A stretch of DNA of 64,000 bases from Paraphysomonas bandaiensis (Eukaryota; Protista; Chrysophyceae): contig CBFFRP010000378.1 in assembly GCA_965644295.1 (NCBI GenBank), forward strand, positions 451,821 to 515,820, read 5' to 3'. Positions within the stretch are counted from its first letter, which is position 1. Every line of letters starts with the position of its first letter. Shown one piece after another: positions 1 to 11,584 of this stretch. The position numbers and the translations under genes were made by a program. Under the pieces are notes generated by a model. It was not told the DNA's origin, made no database searches, and worked only from the letters and a program-made list of their open reading frames with translations.

Positions 1-2795
1 AACACGTGACATGGGCTGGCTACCATTAGGGGCACAGTTAATGTCCTATGATAGTAACACATTATCATTGCTGCAAGATACAAATTTATTCATGATAACC
101 TTCTCACGGTCTTCTACATGATACCTACATAAAACATACATATGAGTCAATATAAATTACAGCTGCAGCGCACTCACCAAGAAAATACACCATCAACAAG
201 TTGATACCAGCGATGTTTCACACCCTATTAATCGTCAAAAACGTAAACCAGATATCGTAGAATAAGGAGTGGCAATATATAAACGGGGCCATCTCACATC
301 TTTTGACTTCTTGGCTTCCCAACAGTATCCTGCCATAACTCCATGCCCAGGATATATTTCAGTGATACTGAAAAAAATGAGACGACATTGAAAAATACAC
401 AGCACAACTCACCCGTCTTCGGCAATGCCGCGTGTAATGTCATTGTACGAGATTTTCATTCCCGCTTGAAATCTACACAAAATACGTAACGGATGAATAA
501 ATGCGAAACTTGTTTTCTAACTTGATAGTTTTCGGGATTTCGTGTTGCTTTTGCTCGGCAGTAGATATGCGTCTTCCAAAAGCCTTTCCTTGCGCATCAC
601 CACTGTACTCACGAAAACTGGACAGTACACCAGAAAGCACCTAAAACGAGCCACGCGTCAAAAATATAATATATTCATGAACAACTTACGTCATGAATGT
701 TTACAGCAAGCAAATCATTGCGAGTCGATATTCGCTGTTCCAAATCTACACAACATTGTTACACCACCATCGTAGGCATGAATGGCGATCACATACCAGT
801 ATCGTGATTGATTATTGCATTCATAAGACCAATTATGGCAGCTTGAACTTCAGCATCCTGATACACGCAAAATGACAGGAGAAATATATAAACATTTAAG
901 CATCGAACCTCTGTCGTTAGTGCATTGGCTAGAATGGCATAAGGTAACTCGTTTCTACCACACAACACATTACCAGATTCAGAACAAAGCTATACGGTAC
1001 CTCTTTCGTGCAAGATGACGGAACCCCATCACAGTCTGCCAGACAGCTTCACTTTCTCCAAAAGAACAAACCACCGATAACAGATTCAACACCTAGTACA
1101 TAGTGTGACCACCATTAGAATTCAACATCTTATCCCAATGCTTCCAACCCATGATATCAATGCAACAAAACAACATAATAACGCGCAAATTCAATATATA
1201 ACCACCACAGTTATTTACAGTGAACAAACCTCCATCGCAAGGGGCTTATATTCAAATCGAAGTGACATAACAAACGCATCAATTGCGCCTGGAAATATTA
1301 TCAGCTGATTGACAACGATACAGGTCAAAAAATCCACGACATGTACCTCTAGTGTCGATAGCTGTCTTGATGCCGCCTTCTTTCATAATGTGTATTCTGA
1401 TACAGAATTTAAAAAACGCATAACTACAGAAAACACTGTAACCCACAGGCAGAGTAGCAATTGATGTAGTGCTGCGGCATCCGTTTCCTCCAGCGGCTCC
1501 TGGAACATATTTAGAACGATAATACCACGCTGAGAGAGTAATACTACACAAAGCCGACATCAACGTCCATGCTACTATGCAACCAACACACGGATCAGTA
1601 CACTTTTCACCTTCTCAAGCCGATTATCCATGTTCTCCACTAGCACTGATATCCCTGATATTCAACCGACAATGACATCTTATTCTCGCATGATATGTAT
1701 ACACACCTCCAGACGTGCAGAAATTACTGAGCCAGTCTTCATTCGAGTGCTCTATGCGGTACTTGCACGTAAGAAGTCGAATAGAGTCTATTGACCTCTC
1801 CGAGTCCATTATAGTTACCATTTCTTCATCTTCCTTCGAAAAATGGGGATGGTCGTCTAGGACACTGTACAAATTGTTATGGAGAAATACTACACAATGC
1901 TATTCATTTACCATAGTGATCGCTGTACATGCTGAAACCTCTCCATAGGAGTGTAACTACTGCTTAGGGATTCACGGAGCGATTCAGTCACCTGTAGCTT
2001 TCGCAAGAGTTCCGCGAAGTAACCGTCAATCTCTTGCAACACGTCCGGATCAATCGGTTTCGGTTTCGGGTTTGCTTCGGAGTCAAACTCCTGCTTCTTC
2101 TTTTTTGCTTTTGCTTTAGCATCATTGTACTTATTGAGCTCTTTCTGATACTCCTCGAACATGCCCTCAATTGATTTGAGCCGAAGCAGCAGAGTTCGCT
2201 TCGGTTTTGGAGGATACGTTGCTGCCAGTGCAGAGACGAGCTCTTCTTTGTTCTTAAGAACCGTATAATCAATATTCTTCAACGTGCAAAAGTACTGCAG
2301 GTCCTCGATCTTGAAGCTGCTCAACAGAGTATGATCGGGAGGAGGCTGGGGACGATCTTTCTTGGGGAGTGGTAAGGTCGTGAGCTCCTTCCCTTTCGAT
2401 CCGCTCTTATTTTCAGTACCAGTCACAGATTCAGTCGACAACTGCTTTGGTTCAGCATTTAAATCATTTGACTTTTCTTTGTCGGATGTCTGTACACCCT
2501 CCATGTCTGCATATGCAGTTGTGGGCATCTCTTGTGTATCACTCTTCATACCAGACAGAGTCTCAACAGACATATCTTGAGGGGACTCTTCCTTGCCATC
2601 ATCTTGATTCATCTTAGTCTCATCACACTCTACCCCTTCAGATCCTTCTTCTTTACCAGATCCAGCAATTAACTGTATAGAAATGAATATATATTTATAT
2701 AAACTATAAAATCAAATATATCTTACATTATTAATTTTTCTAGCCATTTTCGTCAAGCGAAACTTTCTTGGTTTTGATTTAGCTTCGTCTGACAT
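1..2795 (-). CDS. Formin-like protein, N-terminal part: SAP/HeH-like motif, GBD/FH3 (DID) armadillo region and start of a PH domain; multi-exon, truncated by window start
   Basis: ATG at 2795 (MSDEAKSKPRKF), GT-AG intron 2726-2673, then ORF 1908-2612. Manual splicing of about 12 short introns gives FAELLRKLQVTESLRESL..., RIEHSNEDWLSNFCTSGGISVL, LHQLLLCLIHIMKEGG, MEVLNLLSVVCSFG and DAEVQAAIIGLMNAIINHDTDLEQRISTRNDL, matching Diaphanous-type GBD/FH3 motifs. It then reads MAGYCWEAKKSKD-GVKHRWYQLVDGVFSWYH (PH-like). FH1/FH2 are not in the window. Confidence 0.75.
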
Positions 2796-3176
2796 GGTAG
2801 TAAGATTAGTTACGTCTATTAGTAGAGGATATCCAGGTTATGCATGTAATGTGAATATTCGAGCTACCATAACACACAATCTCGTTCGATCTTTTGTTTT
2901 TTTGTTGTATCATTGTACATACATACTACGACTTGTATGTATGTATATCCGTGTGTTTTCAGGTAATTCCACTAGTAAAATTATCAACCGTACAGTCCGT
3001 CTACATATTGTATATTTTTCTGCTATCCGTATTCCTCAACTGAAATATCCCTCATATGGGATAAAATACTTCTTAAAGTGATTGATATCTCGTTAGAACT
3101 CTTCACGAATTCGCCTTCACCAAGAAACAGACTCCTTTAACTATCTTTTCACATTATTTCTATTGCATCCCTTGAG

Positions 3177-4565
3177 ATGCCATTGCAATTAGTGGACTGT
3201 AAGAGTGTATCAGATGATGTGTTGTATGATGCAGCCGAGTTGTTGTCATCTTATTGGACAGGATCGATTGCTACAAGAAAACATCAGATGCTAAGCAACA
3301 CTGGAAGTTATGTATTTGTTAAGGAGGATAATAACGACAATCATCCCCAACAAAAGGGAATAGGTCATGTAAAAGTTATACCATACAGTGCAACTGGTGA
3401 TGATGCATTCGGTCCTTGTCTCTGTGGAGTAGTAACATCCGTTATCATTGCAGAGGAATATCGTGGTCAAGGTTATGGATATCGTCTTATGCAGATGTTA
3501 GAGGATGTGGCCATCAACCTTGGCTATTGCTTCCTGTACTTGTGGACCAGTGACGCTGTCGAGTTTTATTTGAAAGTTGGCTATCGCAGATGTGAAAGGG
3601 TTCACGAAGCTGTGTCTGCTTTGAAATCAATGAGTTCAACCTCCATATCTAAGTTGGAAAGTATGATATCCAATAAGGCAGCCGTGGTACTTGATTTGGA
3701 TGGTGCGGGTGGCACTATGTCCACTGTGTACATGAAGAAACGTATCAGAGATGAGGTTCCGCTGGAACCCTGGACTATAAGCGAGTTGAGAGCCCAATTA
3801 GTCGACGATATTTCTCCGTTAGTAAAGAAAGACAACCTATTTGTTGATGTAAATATAAATCATGTTCCATGGGGGAGACAAGTTGGACCGTCTTGTGGTA
3901 TACAAGCGCTTCGAATGACAGCAGCTTATCTTAATCGTTCAACTTTATCGCCAAGTAAGTCCCTTCTACAAGAGGCTATCGATAAAGGATACAGTTCAGA
4001 GGGTGAAATATTTGATATCAATCATATATCAGCACTTGCTGTCTCCATTCACCTGTCTGCTAGGGTATGTCCACTCTCTGTACTAGGTTTTAATGGGATC
4101 CGTGATTTGCTCTCCACCTCTCCAAAGTCAGTTATAATATTACCATACGACAAAGGCCCGTCTTGTGAGCCATGCACTGAGGGTGGACGGCGCGCACACT
4201 ATGCAGTGATATGCGGTGCAGCATGTCGGTACTCTGCTGATGTAGTCGGATGTAGTCGCGATGAACGTGTTCGTGTGATTATAGATAGTGATAATGCCAT
4301 CCAGGACTGGCCACATGATAATTCAACCGAACAATCGAACGAATTCTTAATTGCGCTACAAGGGCTGTCAAAGCGCCCCATTATTGCATCGTATTCACAA
4401 TGGAAAGAGTCTAATGCACAGCTTTTTGACAATTCTCTTTGCAAAGACAGTTCTACAATTGATGATAGAGGTAAATTGGCTAGGCAAAACATAGCGAACA
4501 GCAAGTGGATGATTCCTACTGCGGGGCCTAACCTTTCAGGAATGTGTGTTATTGTGTCTTCATAA
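3177..4565 (+). CDS. NAA80-like actin N-terminal acetyltransferase (GNAT) fused to ACTMAP/C19orf54-like actin maturation cysteine protease
   Basis: Single uninterrupted 462-aa ORF. Residues ~1-190: AAELLSSYWTGSIATR, IGHVKV, SVIIAEEYRGQGYGYRLM (AcCoA motif A), FLYLWTSDAVEFYLKVGY, VYMKKRI (NAA80-like). Residues ~225-462: QVGPSCGIQALRM, AIDKGYSSEGEIF, ILPYDKGPSCEPCTEGGRRAHYAVICG, LQGLS, KESNAQL, LSGMCVIV (ACTMAP-like; Cys240, His341). Confidence 0.88.
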   Translation: MPLQLVDCKSVSDDVLYDAAELLSSYWTGSIATRKHQMLSNTGSYVFVKEDNNDNHPQQKGIGHVKVIPYSATGDDAFGPCLCGVVTSVIIAEEYRGQGYGYRLMQMLEDVAINLGYCFLYLWTSDAVEFYLKVGYRRCERVHEAVSALKSMSSTSISKLESMISNKAAVVLDLDGAGGTMSTVYMKKRIRDEVPLEPWTISELRAQLVDDISPLVKKDNLFVDVNINHVPWGRQVGPSCGIQALRMTAAYLNRSTLSPSKSLLQEAIDKGYSSEGEIFDINHISALAVSIHLSARVCPLSVLGFNGIRDLLSTSPKSVIILPYDKGPSCEPCTEGGRRAHYAVICGAACRYSADVVGCSRDERVRVIIDSDNAIQDWPHDNSTEQSNEFLIALQGLSKRPIIASYSQWKESNAQLFDNSLCKDSSTIDDRGKLARQNIANSKWMIPTAGPNLSGMCVIVSS

Positions 4566-5316
4566 ATTTTAATCCAATATAGCGATTAGTATTCATTATA
4601 CTCTTCTCTGCAGTACATATGTACGTACTGGCATACTGGAGTGTCGGGCCGAAAACTATCGAAAATTGAATATTATATTCTCAACTTTACGAAGAATTAC
4701 TATGGGCACAGATATAGAAGTAATTTATGTGTTCATTTTATACGGATGAATATTAAATAAAGAACTATTACTATATTTCTAAAGGTAGTACCACTGGTAG
4801 CTTTGTTCTTTGTATATTGTAGAATCATTTTGCCGAATATTTTACTTTCCACTCTTATAACATAACACTCTTAGAATACGGGAAGAATTTTTTTATACTG
4901 AATATACACTACACAACTAGCAGAATAATATGCTCCATAACATCATAACATATTGTCAGTGGGACTACAAACAAAACACTCAAGAGGAATGAGAAGGTTA
5001 GCACGTATTATTACACACCAATGTATTTAAAAGACTAAGATTGGGTATGTTTCGCAAACATGTGACTTGTAAGTATACTCGAATGAGACGGGAAATATTA
5101 TTCAACCTAGTCAAATTGGTTGAATTACCTAATCACACTATTTTTGGTGGAATAACCTAGTCAAAGTAATAAATGATTCAACCTAGTCATTTTTTTTAAA
5201 TAATAAGGATCTCTTGTAAATTATGTCACAAGCTCACAACAACACGTTGCCTAATAGTCACACAGATAAGACGATTCCTAACTATATAATCCACTTGCAT
5301 CTCTGTGTTTATCATC

Positions 5317-6298
5317 TCAAGCGGAGGAAGATGCAATGTCGGCGATGTTGCTTTTGTTCGACGCGATGCGCCTCTCCAAGTACTCCTTTCTGCCCTCCAA
5401 GTCCCTCTGGGTCTTGCTGAGCTTCTCACTCTCTTTCTGCAGGAAGGTTTCAATCGAGTCCCTGGGCTCGCGGAGGAATGCCTTGCCTACTGTGCGGTAT
5501 AGGGGAGTTTCAGCGTCATACGTGTCAATCTGCTGTTTAGTCACAAGATTGGAACGGAGATCACGCTGGCAGGAGGCAAGGGACCCCTGCACACCGCGGA
5601 GATCGCGAGCATAATTTGAGGTCTGCTCCTGGAGCTCCATCAACTGTTCACATATTCAGTGCACACATAAGTTGGGAAAACATTTAAGAAAAATTTCAAA
5701 TCAATAAAATCTACGAACCTCACGGCGCTGGGACTCATCCAGCTGTCTTGGGGCACGAGCCTTCTGCTTCGTAAGGGCTGCCTTTTTAGCCCGTACCACA
5801 CGGAGCTGCTTCTGCAACTGCTCGTTTTCTATTGCACATCCACACCAGCATAATGATAAGGGTAGACTAGGAATTTATGTACGGCACCTGAATCTATTCT
5901 GAGGGCCTCCTGAAGAACTTTCTGGGCATCGTCGAAATTGCCCAGCTCGGTGTGGGCAACAGCGAGACGGTAATATCCCTTAACAAAAGATGGGTTCTTA
6001 CTGATACACGTGGATGCATCTTGAATAGCAGCATCCCATGCTTTCAAAGAAGAGTGACAAGCACTGCATTATCCATCAGTGATAGCCACGACTAATAGAG
6101 TAATAACAAACCTTCTATTCGAATAATAAATAGCATTTTCTGGGTCACAAGAAATAGCATTAGAATAGTGGCCGATAGCTTCTTCATAATTTTTGGAAGC
6201 AAATGCTTCATTTCCTAGTCTATTAATAGGGTTAGTTATATATATTACAGTCATTAACAGTTATGTGATACATACTTCTTGTGATCCTCTGCTGACAT
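5317..6298 (-). CDS. TPR (Sti1/SGT-type, 3 repeats) - prefoldin subunit 1 (beta) fusion protein, 5 exons
   Basis: ATG at 6298. Splicing four GT-AG introns gives a continuous frame: MSAEDHKKLGNEAFASKNYEEAIGHYSNAISCDPENAIYYSNRSACH...FVKGYYRLA...ENEQLQKQLRVVRAKK...RRELMELQEQ...LYRTVGKAFLREP...KEYLERR (prefoldin-beta hairpin). Confidence 0.85.
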
Positions 6299-6673
6299 GT
6301 CTTTATTTGCATCTGAATCCATTATAGTGGGTAAATTATTAATGTGGGTGTAGTTGATGGAAGGGTGTGATAAATGTTTGTGATTATGGTTCTATCGGGT
6401 GAATAGCATGTAACATACATGTATAGTGAGTGGATGATTATTGGTACAACAGCAGCTCCAGCTGTATGCAGAGTTGTGCGGTATGTGTATACATAGTGCA
6501 GAAGCAGTGTGTGATATGTATATATATGAACTGTATACAGCTGTATATACTGTATATAGGGTATAGTACCCCTCATACTGGCTGTTCACCGCGCACTCTA
6601 TACGTACCAAAGCACGGGGGGTGTGTGTATGTATGTAAAGGGTGGGAGGGGTGGAGAGGCAGGCATGACAGTA

Positions 6674-9600
6674 GGAAGGCGGGTACGTATCTTGGCGGTA
6701 TTTTTTTGCACTTTTCAGATGCACTTAAAATAACACTCACTGCATGTCTGATTGCAGTGAAAGCATCATTGGAAACGTGATGATTTTACCCATATTTCAT
6801 TCTAAGTGACGAACTGCACTCATAATCTGAAGCTTTTGATATTCATCCTCAAAGTGAGCGCCTTAAGAGGTTTTTGACCTCATTTCAGTTTTTGGTTTTT
6901 CAAAATGGCGGGATTTTTCCCTCTCAGATGACTGCAAATCACAGTCACTTAAATTAAATTGGAGTATTTGGAGATGGTCATTGCTCATAGCGGCCATGTG
7001 GCGATACAGGTAGACTAAATGTATAGTGCTTGACACGATGGTGCTCTTACTTTCAACTGATTCGCAGTATTCATGGTGATAAGTTCTGGTTGGGGAGGAG
7101 GGGTCGATTTCGATACGCCGGCACACCACACCTGCGAATGACCTCAACTGACCTGTAGATATACACTCAACTATTGCTCATTATATGCGCAATACTATCA
7201 GCACACTAATTTGAGTATATGCTCTCCTCTGCGGCATTGTGCATCACATTTCTGAAATAAGCGTGTGTTTAGATTAGCCAGACGATGACTCTAATGCTGC
7301 ACCTCTGGAGCGAAATGGAGGCTCTGGTGAATTGAGGAGGAAAGGGGGAGGACTCTGGAGCTGTTTCGGTCTCAGGGTGATGCCCGGATTGAAAATTCAC
7401 TATTCTACAGGGGTCAGGGTGAGGCATGCGGAACAGCAGATGTAGACAGTGAAATTCATTGCACGGGGCTCTGCTCGCAGTGAAACGTAGAGGGATCCAC
7501 ATTGACGCAGCCCACCAGCGATCCTTGGCCGAATCTTTTTGGAACTGTGGATGTGGTCAAACCGACTGGTGCTTCCCCCGTCATGACTGATTGCTATCCT
7601 AAACTTTTCAATGGTTGAACACCCAGACTCATAGTGGGTCGACTTTGATCCATGGGACATAGGGCACCCCTCTTGAGGAACAGCGGGAGCTCAGCAACAA
7701 CCTGCACTGGATAAAGGTCAGAGGGAACCTGGCCACCTCAGTATTCATACGATTCATAGTACTAAACCTTGCTCTCCAAATATATGTTATTGATGCCGAG
7801 TAGTATAGGAGTACTACAAGTGATAGATTAACTAAATTATTATTTTGAATTGTTTTTGTTCTGTTGCATATTTACTAAAATTGTTTCTACTTCTTAATTT
7901 ATATTATGTTACACCCATTGAGATTTACTTAAAATCGGACATTGACTGTGTCGTAGAAGCTGGCTTAGTTTGGTCAACAAGAAGAAGTGTGTAGCCATCA
8001 GTGTTGAACTTTATTACTTTCATTCAACTCGTAATTAAATTTCACACTGGAGAAAGAAAATATTAAAAATCCAAAACAAAAACGATGTTACGTAAAATCA
8101 TACATACGACAGAGTTAAAGTAGATACGAATATGTACTGCTGGTTTGTGGTATGTATGCGTTGACTTTGCATGAGCAGAAGTGATTACAATTGTATGCAC
8201 TTTATCATGCGAAATATCCAAAGAAAATAAAGGACCGAACAGAATCTCAAAAGAAAATAAAGGACCAAGTGGGGTCAAAACAAAATAAGAGACTCGCAAG
8301 TACGCGATTAAATAGCAAGTAACCTACGCCGCATCGATTGGCTCTCGATCTGATTCCGATACATAAACCTCCTCTCTCTCCACCTCCACTCCCCCGTGCA
8401 GCTGTTTCAACTTGTCAGACATCAGACCTTCGAGCTTGGCTATGAGGTAGGCCTTCGTGCCAACCTTTAGCTCAGGATCAATAGGAGTAGTTGCCTTAGG
8501 AAGGACAATTAGTGCGGCCTTTAGAACATCATTATTGGCCGTGCGCCAGTCATATTGCTGGTCGCGCACACGTACCAAAAGCGCCTCCAACGCCTCAACA
8601 TGTCGGTGATATTCTTCCATCTGGCGGCGCTCCTTTTTGTCCTTACGGCGCTCTTTAGCCTGTTACCCAGAAGGATGTATGCTCACCGTGTCTTGCAGAG
8701 AATCGCCTTTCCCTCCGCTCCTGAAAGAGTTTGAAGGTAGGGAAGGCGTGCCCCCAAGGGTCGAAGCCAATTTCGTCCCAGTTCTCGATATCCTCCAGGT
8801 CTGGCCCATATGACGGGAAGACCCCTTTCTCTATACACTCCCTGAGGTGCTGCGTGAACTTACGGGCCATAGTACTCGCCCGGGTCGGGCAGGCCGCTGC
8901 TGCCCGCTTGTAGGAAAGATCGGATTTCTTCGTAAAGCGGGCAAACAATTTTCACCAAAGTCAAAAGTGCAGGGTTTGAGAAAGTTGTCTCGAATAATGG
9001 TTTTACTGCATTTTGCATGATCAAGGCATACCGACTCCGGGTATCCTTGCCTCCATTGGCAGTGCGTACAGCACTGGCATGGGCGCGGCAATACTCCCTG
9101 GCTAGGGCTCGCAAATGGGCATTGCTATACCTGCACAAATAATTACAAAATGTACACTGTACGTCATCATCCACATCATACACTTTCATGTACATACCCA
9201 TATCCAGCTTTATCTTGAAGGTCCATCTTCGTAGCCATGGAGTGAAGCAATCCTTTAGGACCAGACAGGAGTAATCCAGCTCCATGATGGCCTTCTGTAG
9301 CACAGAATGGTTCGTTGGATCGTTCCGAAACATATTAAACTCCTTCGTAGTGAGTCCATACAACTCCCGGATGGTGTTCATATCCCGCTCCTGGGTGCGA
9401 ATAGAGACACCGTACTCCGTGAGAACATGTTTAGAGCTCTTGCCATCAATTACCCTGGCAATGAGCCCGGCCCTACGCGCTTCAACTGTGTAAACTTTGT
9501 AGCTCTGTTTGACGTCTACCTCAGGGATATTATCGATTGCGCTGATAATCGCCGTTCTGTCGCCATACTGGGGAAGCTGCTCGTCTCTTCGGGCAGATCC

Positions 9601-10015
9601 GGCAAAGCCTCCAACACAAAATTAACCTTTCGCTTGTGAGGTACATTTCCTGGAAGCACACCATACTGCTTGGCACGCTTAACCTCAGTCACAACATCCC
9701 TTTTCCCCAATGGGGGCACTGTGACTTCGTCCATACGACTGTCTGTATGAGTATGAGTGATTCGGGGTCGCTGTGGACGTCCTCGCATTATAATCGATCA
9801 ATTCTACATGAAAATCAGATCAGACGACGTCATCATGAGCAGTGATTACTGTTTACTGTACCTGATACAATTATATATAATGTAGTTCTTGTATAAGTTT
9901 GTGGGGTTGGTTTATAGTAAGATTTAAGGTGGTACAATGATAGATTGACACACGAAAACCCGCCATTTTCAAAAACCTAAAAAAGAAAACCCGCCAAGAT
10001 AGATACCTGCCTTCC
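6674..10015 (-). mobile_element. Decayed pogo/Fot1-like (Tc1/mariner superfamily) DNA transposon with imperfect TIRs
   Basis: TIRs GGAAGGCGGGTACGTATCTTGGCGG (6674) and CCGCCAAGATAGATACCTGCCTTCC (ending 10015), flanked by TA on both sides. Frameshifted minus-strand ORF pieces 9730-8324 contain an HTH-like YTVEARRAGLIARVIDGKSSKHVLTEYGVSIRT and a first catalytic motif IENWDEIGF. The rest of the DDE core is missing. Confidence 0.65.
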
Positions 10016-10263
10016 TATGACAGCTACTCCAAATAAAAGTGCCACAGCACAGCATTTCTCGTACACAGCTACCACATCTCCGTGTGATCATTTCACACAT
10101 ACAGTTATAAGTAGCTAACACAGAATACACACATTGCACCAACGAAGCATACAAATCGTATTATTATATAGCAATGATTGCTTAGTTTTCACATTGCGTT
10201 ATTACTAAAAACAACATAGTGCACTAATTAGAAACTATTTCAATTAACTCACTGCTGTTGGCA

Positions 10264-11584
10264 ATGGTACCTTCACTAGATCAATCATGCGAAAATATTA
10301 GAAATGTGCTTGCACAAATAGAAATTGAGTTACCTAAATCTTCTCATACTCATGTAACCGAAACATTAGAACAATTAAAAGTTAAACTGAATTTATTACT
10401 TAATCGATTGAAAGAAATTCCAGTCGACTCATCAGACATTGAAAATGAGGTTTGATATTCTTCATTTTCTTGCTTTTCTAAATATGATTATTGTAGATAT
10501 CTCATGCATCGTGTGAACTGATGGAAGCCAAATCATATCTCACTCCCGAGTACCTCTGTGGCATCCCTGAAGAGGAATGGGATGGATGTGTGCCCCCATC
10601 ACTGGTGCTAATGGACATTCCTTACGAAGTGCGACAGGGCCAAGGTGGATGGGAATGTAGCAACCAATTATTTGATATTCGCGGGCCCTCTTACCTTTAC
10701 GACAACGTTAAAGTAAATAAGATATTCTACTTTTATCATTGACTGTAATCATCTATACAGGTCGCATCCCAGGCTCCTCTCTTTCATATGAGGGGAGTTC
10801 AGATGGTTGGGGTCAACGAACTACGCCCCCACATTGCTTTGGAGCCTTGGACGGCCTTCCCCAAAGAAGACGATGGAAACGAGTGGCTCATACTTAACTA
10901 TATGGTGTGTGCACCTCTATGGTGAATTGTGAGAGTGAAAGCTTTTCACAGGTGCCCGGCAGAAGTCCCTTCCAAATGATTTGTTACTACACCGCGTCTA
11001 AGGAAGCCAAGCGCGTCATAAGCCCCACAAAAGGGGACAGTACCTGTTCCACTGATGAAGAGCAGCCAACCTCTGAAGGATGGGAGAATTGTCTCCGAAA
11101 GTTCTGGGAAGCTGATCAGGAATATTGCGATGCCAGGTTTAAGATTATCCCCAACGTGGTGAGTACTGTTTCTTATTTTTTCAATTTCGCATTAGCCACT
11201 CTTTCTTCTGTTAGTGTAATCATATTGTTTTCAGGCGTCTGGACCCTGGTTGGTACGAATGGCAGTTGGTAATAAGCCAGCGCTGACGGGAATGAAAGTG
11301 AAGCAACTCTATACCCGCGGGGACCGATTTTTCGAGGTTGATATGGATATTGGGTCGTCCGCTGTAGCTGCCAGGGTCTTAGGACTGGTGAGTAGAGCCT
11401 GTAGTAGTATTGATAAAATATGCTTACAGTGGTATATCAGGTGCGCGATTTCTGCAGCGTGCTGACTGTTGACGTGGGGGTTACCATTGAGGGCCAGAGT
11501 GACGAGGAGTTACCGGAGCGTGTTCTGTGCCGCATGCAGTGGAAAGGAGTTGACTTCAGCAAAGCGCAGCCTCTTGATCGCTAG
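10264..11584 (+). CDS. EDR2 C-terminal (DUF1336) domain protein, multi-exon
   Basis: Spliced motifs FDIRGPSYLYDNVKV, LILNYMVPG, CDARFKIIPNVASGPWLVRMAVGNKPALTG, FFEVDMDIGSSAVA, VTIEGQSDEELPERVL; stop TAG 11582-11584. Confidence 0.85.

Noticed and set aside
6674-10015. Fanzor/TnpB cargo in the pogo-like or Crypton elements
   Set aside because: No RuvC motifs or terminal zinc ribbon recognisable in any frame.
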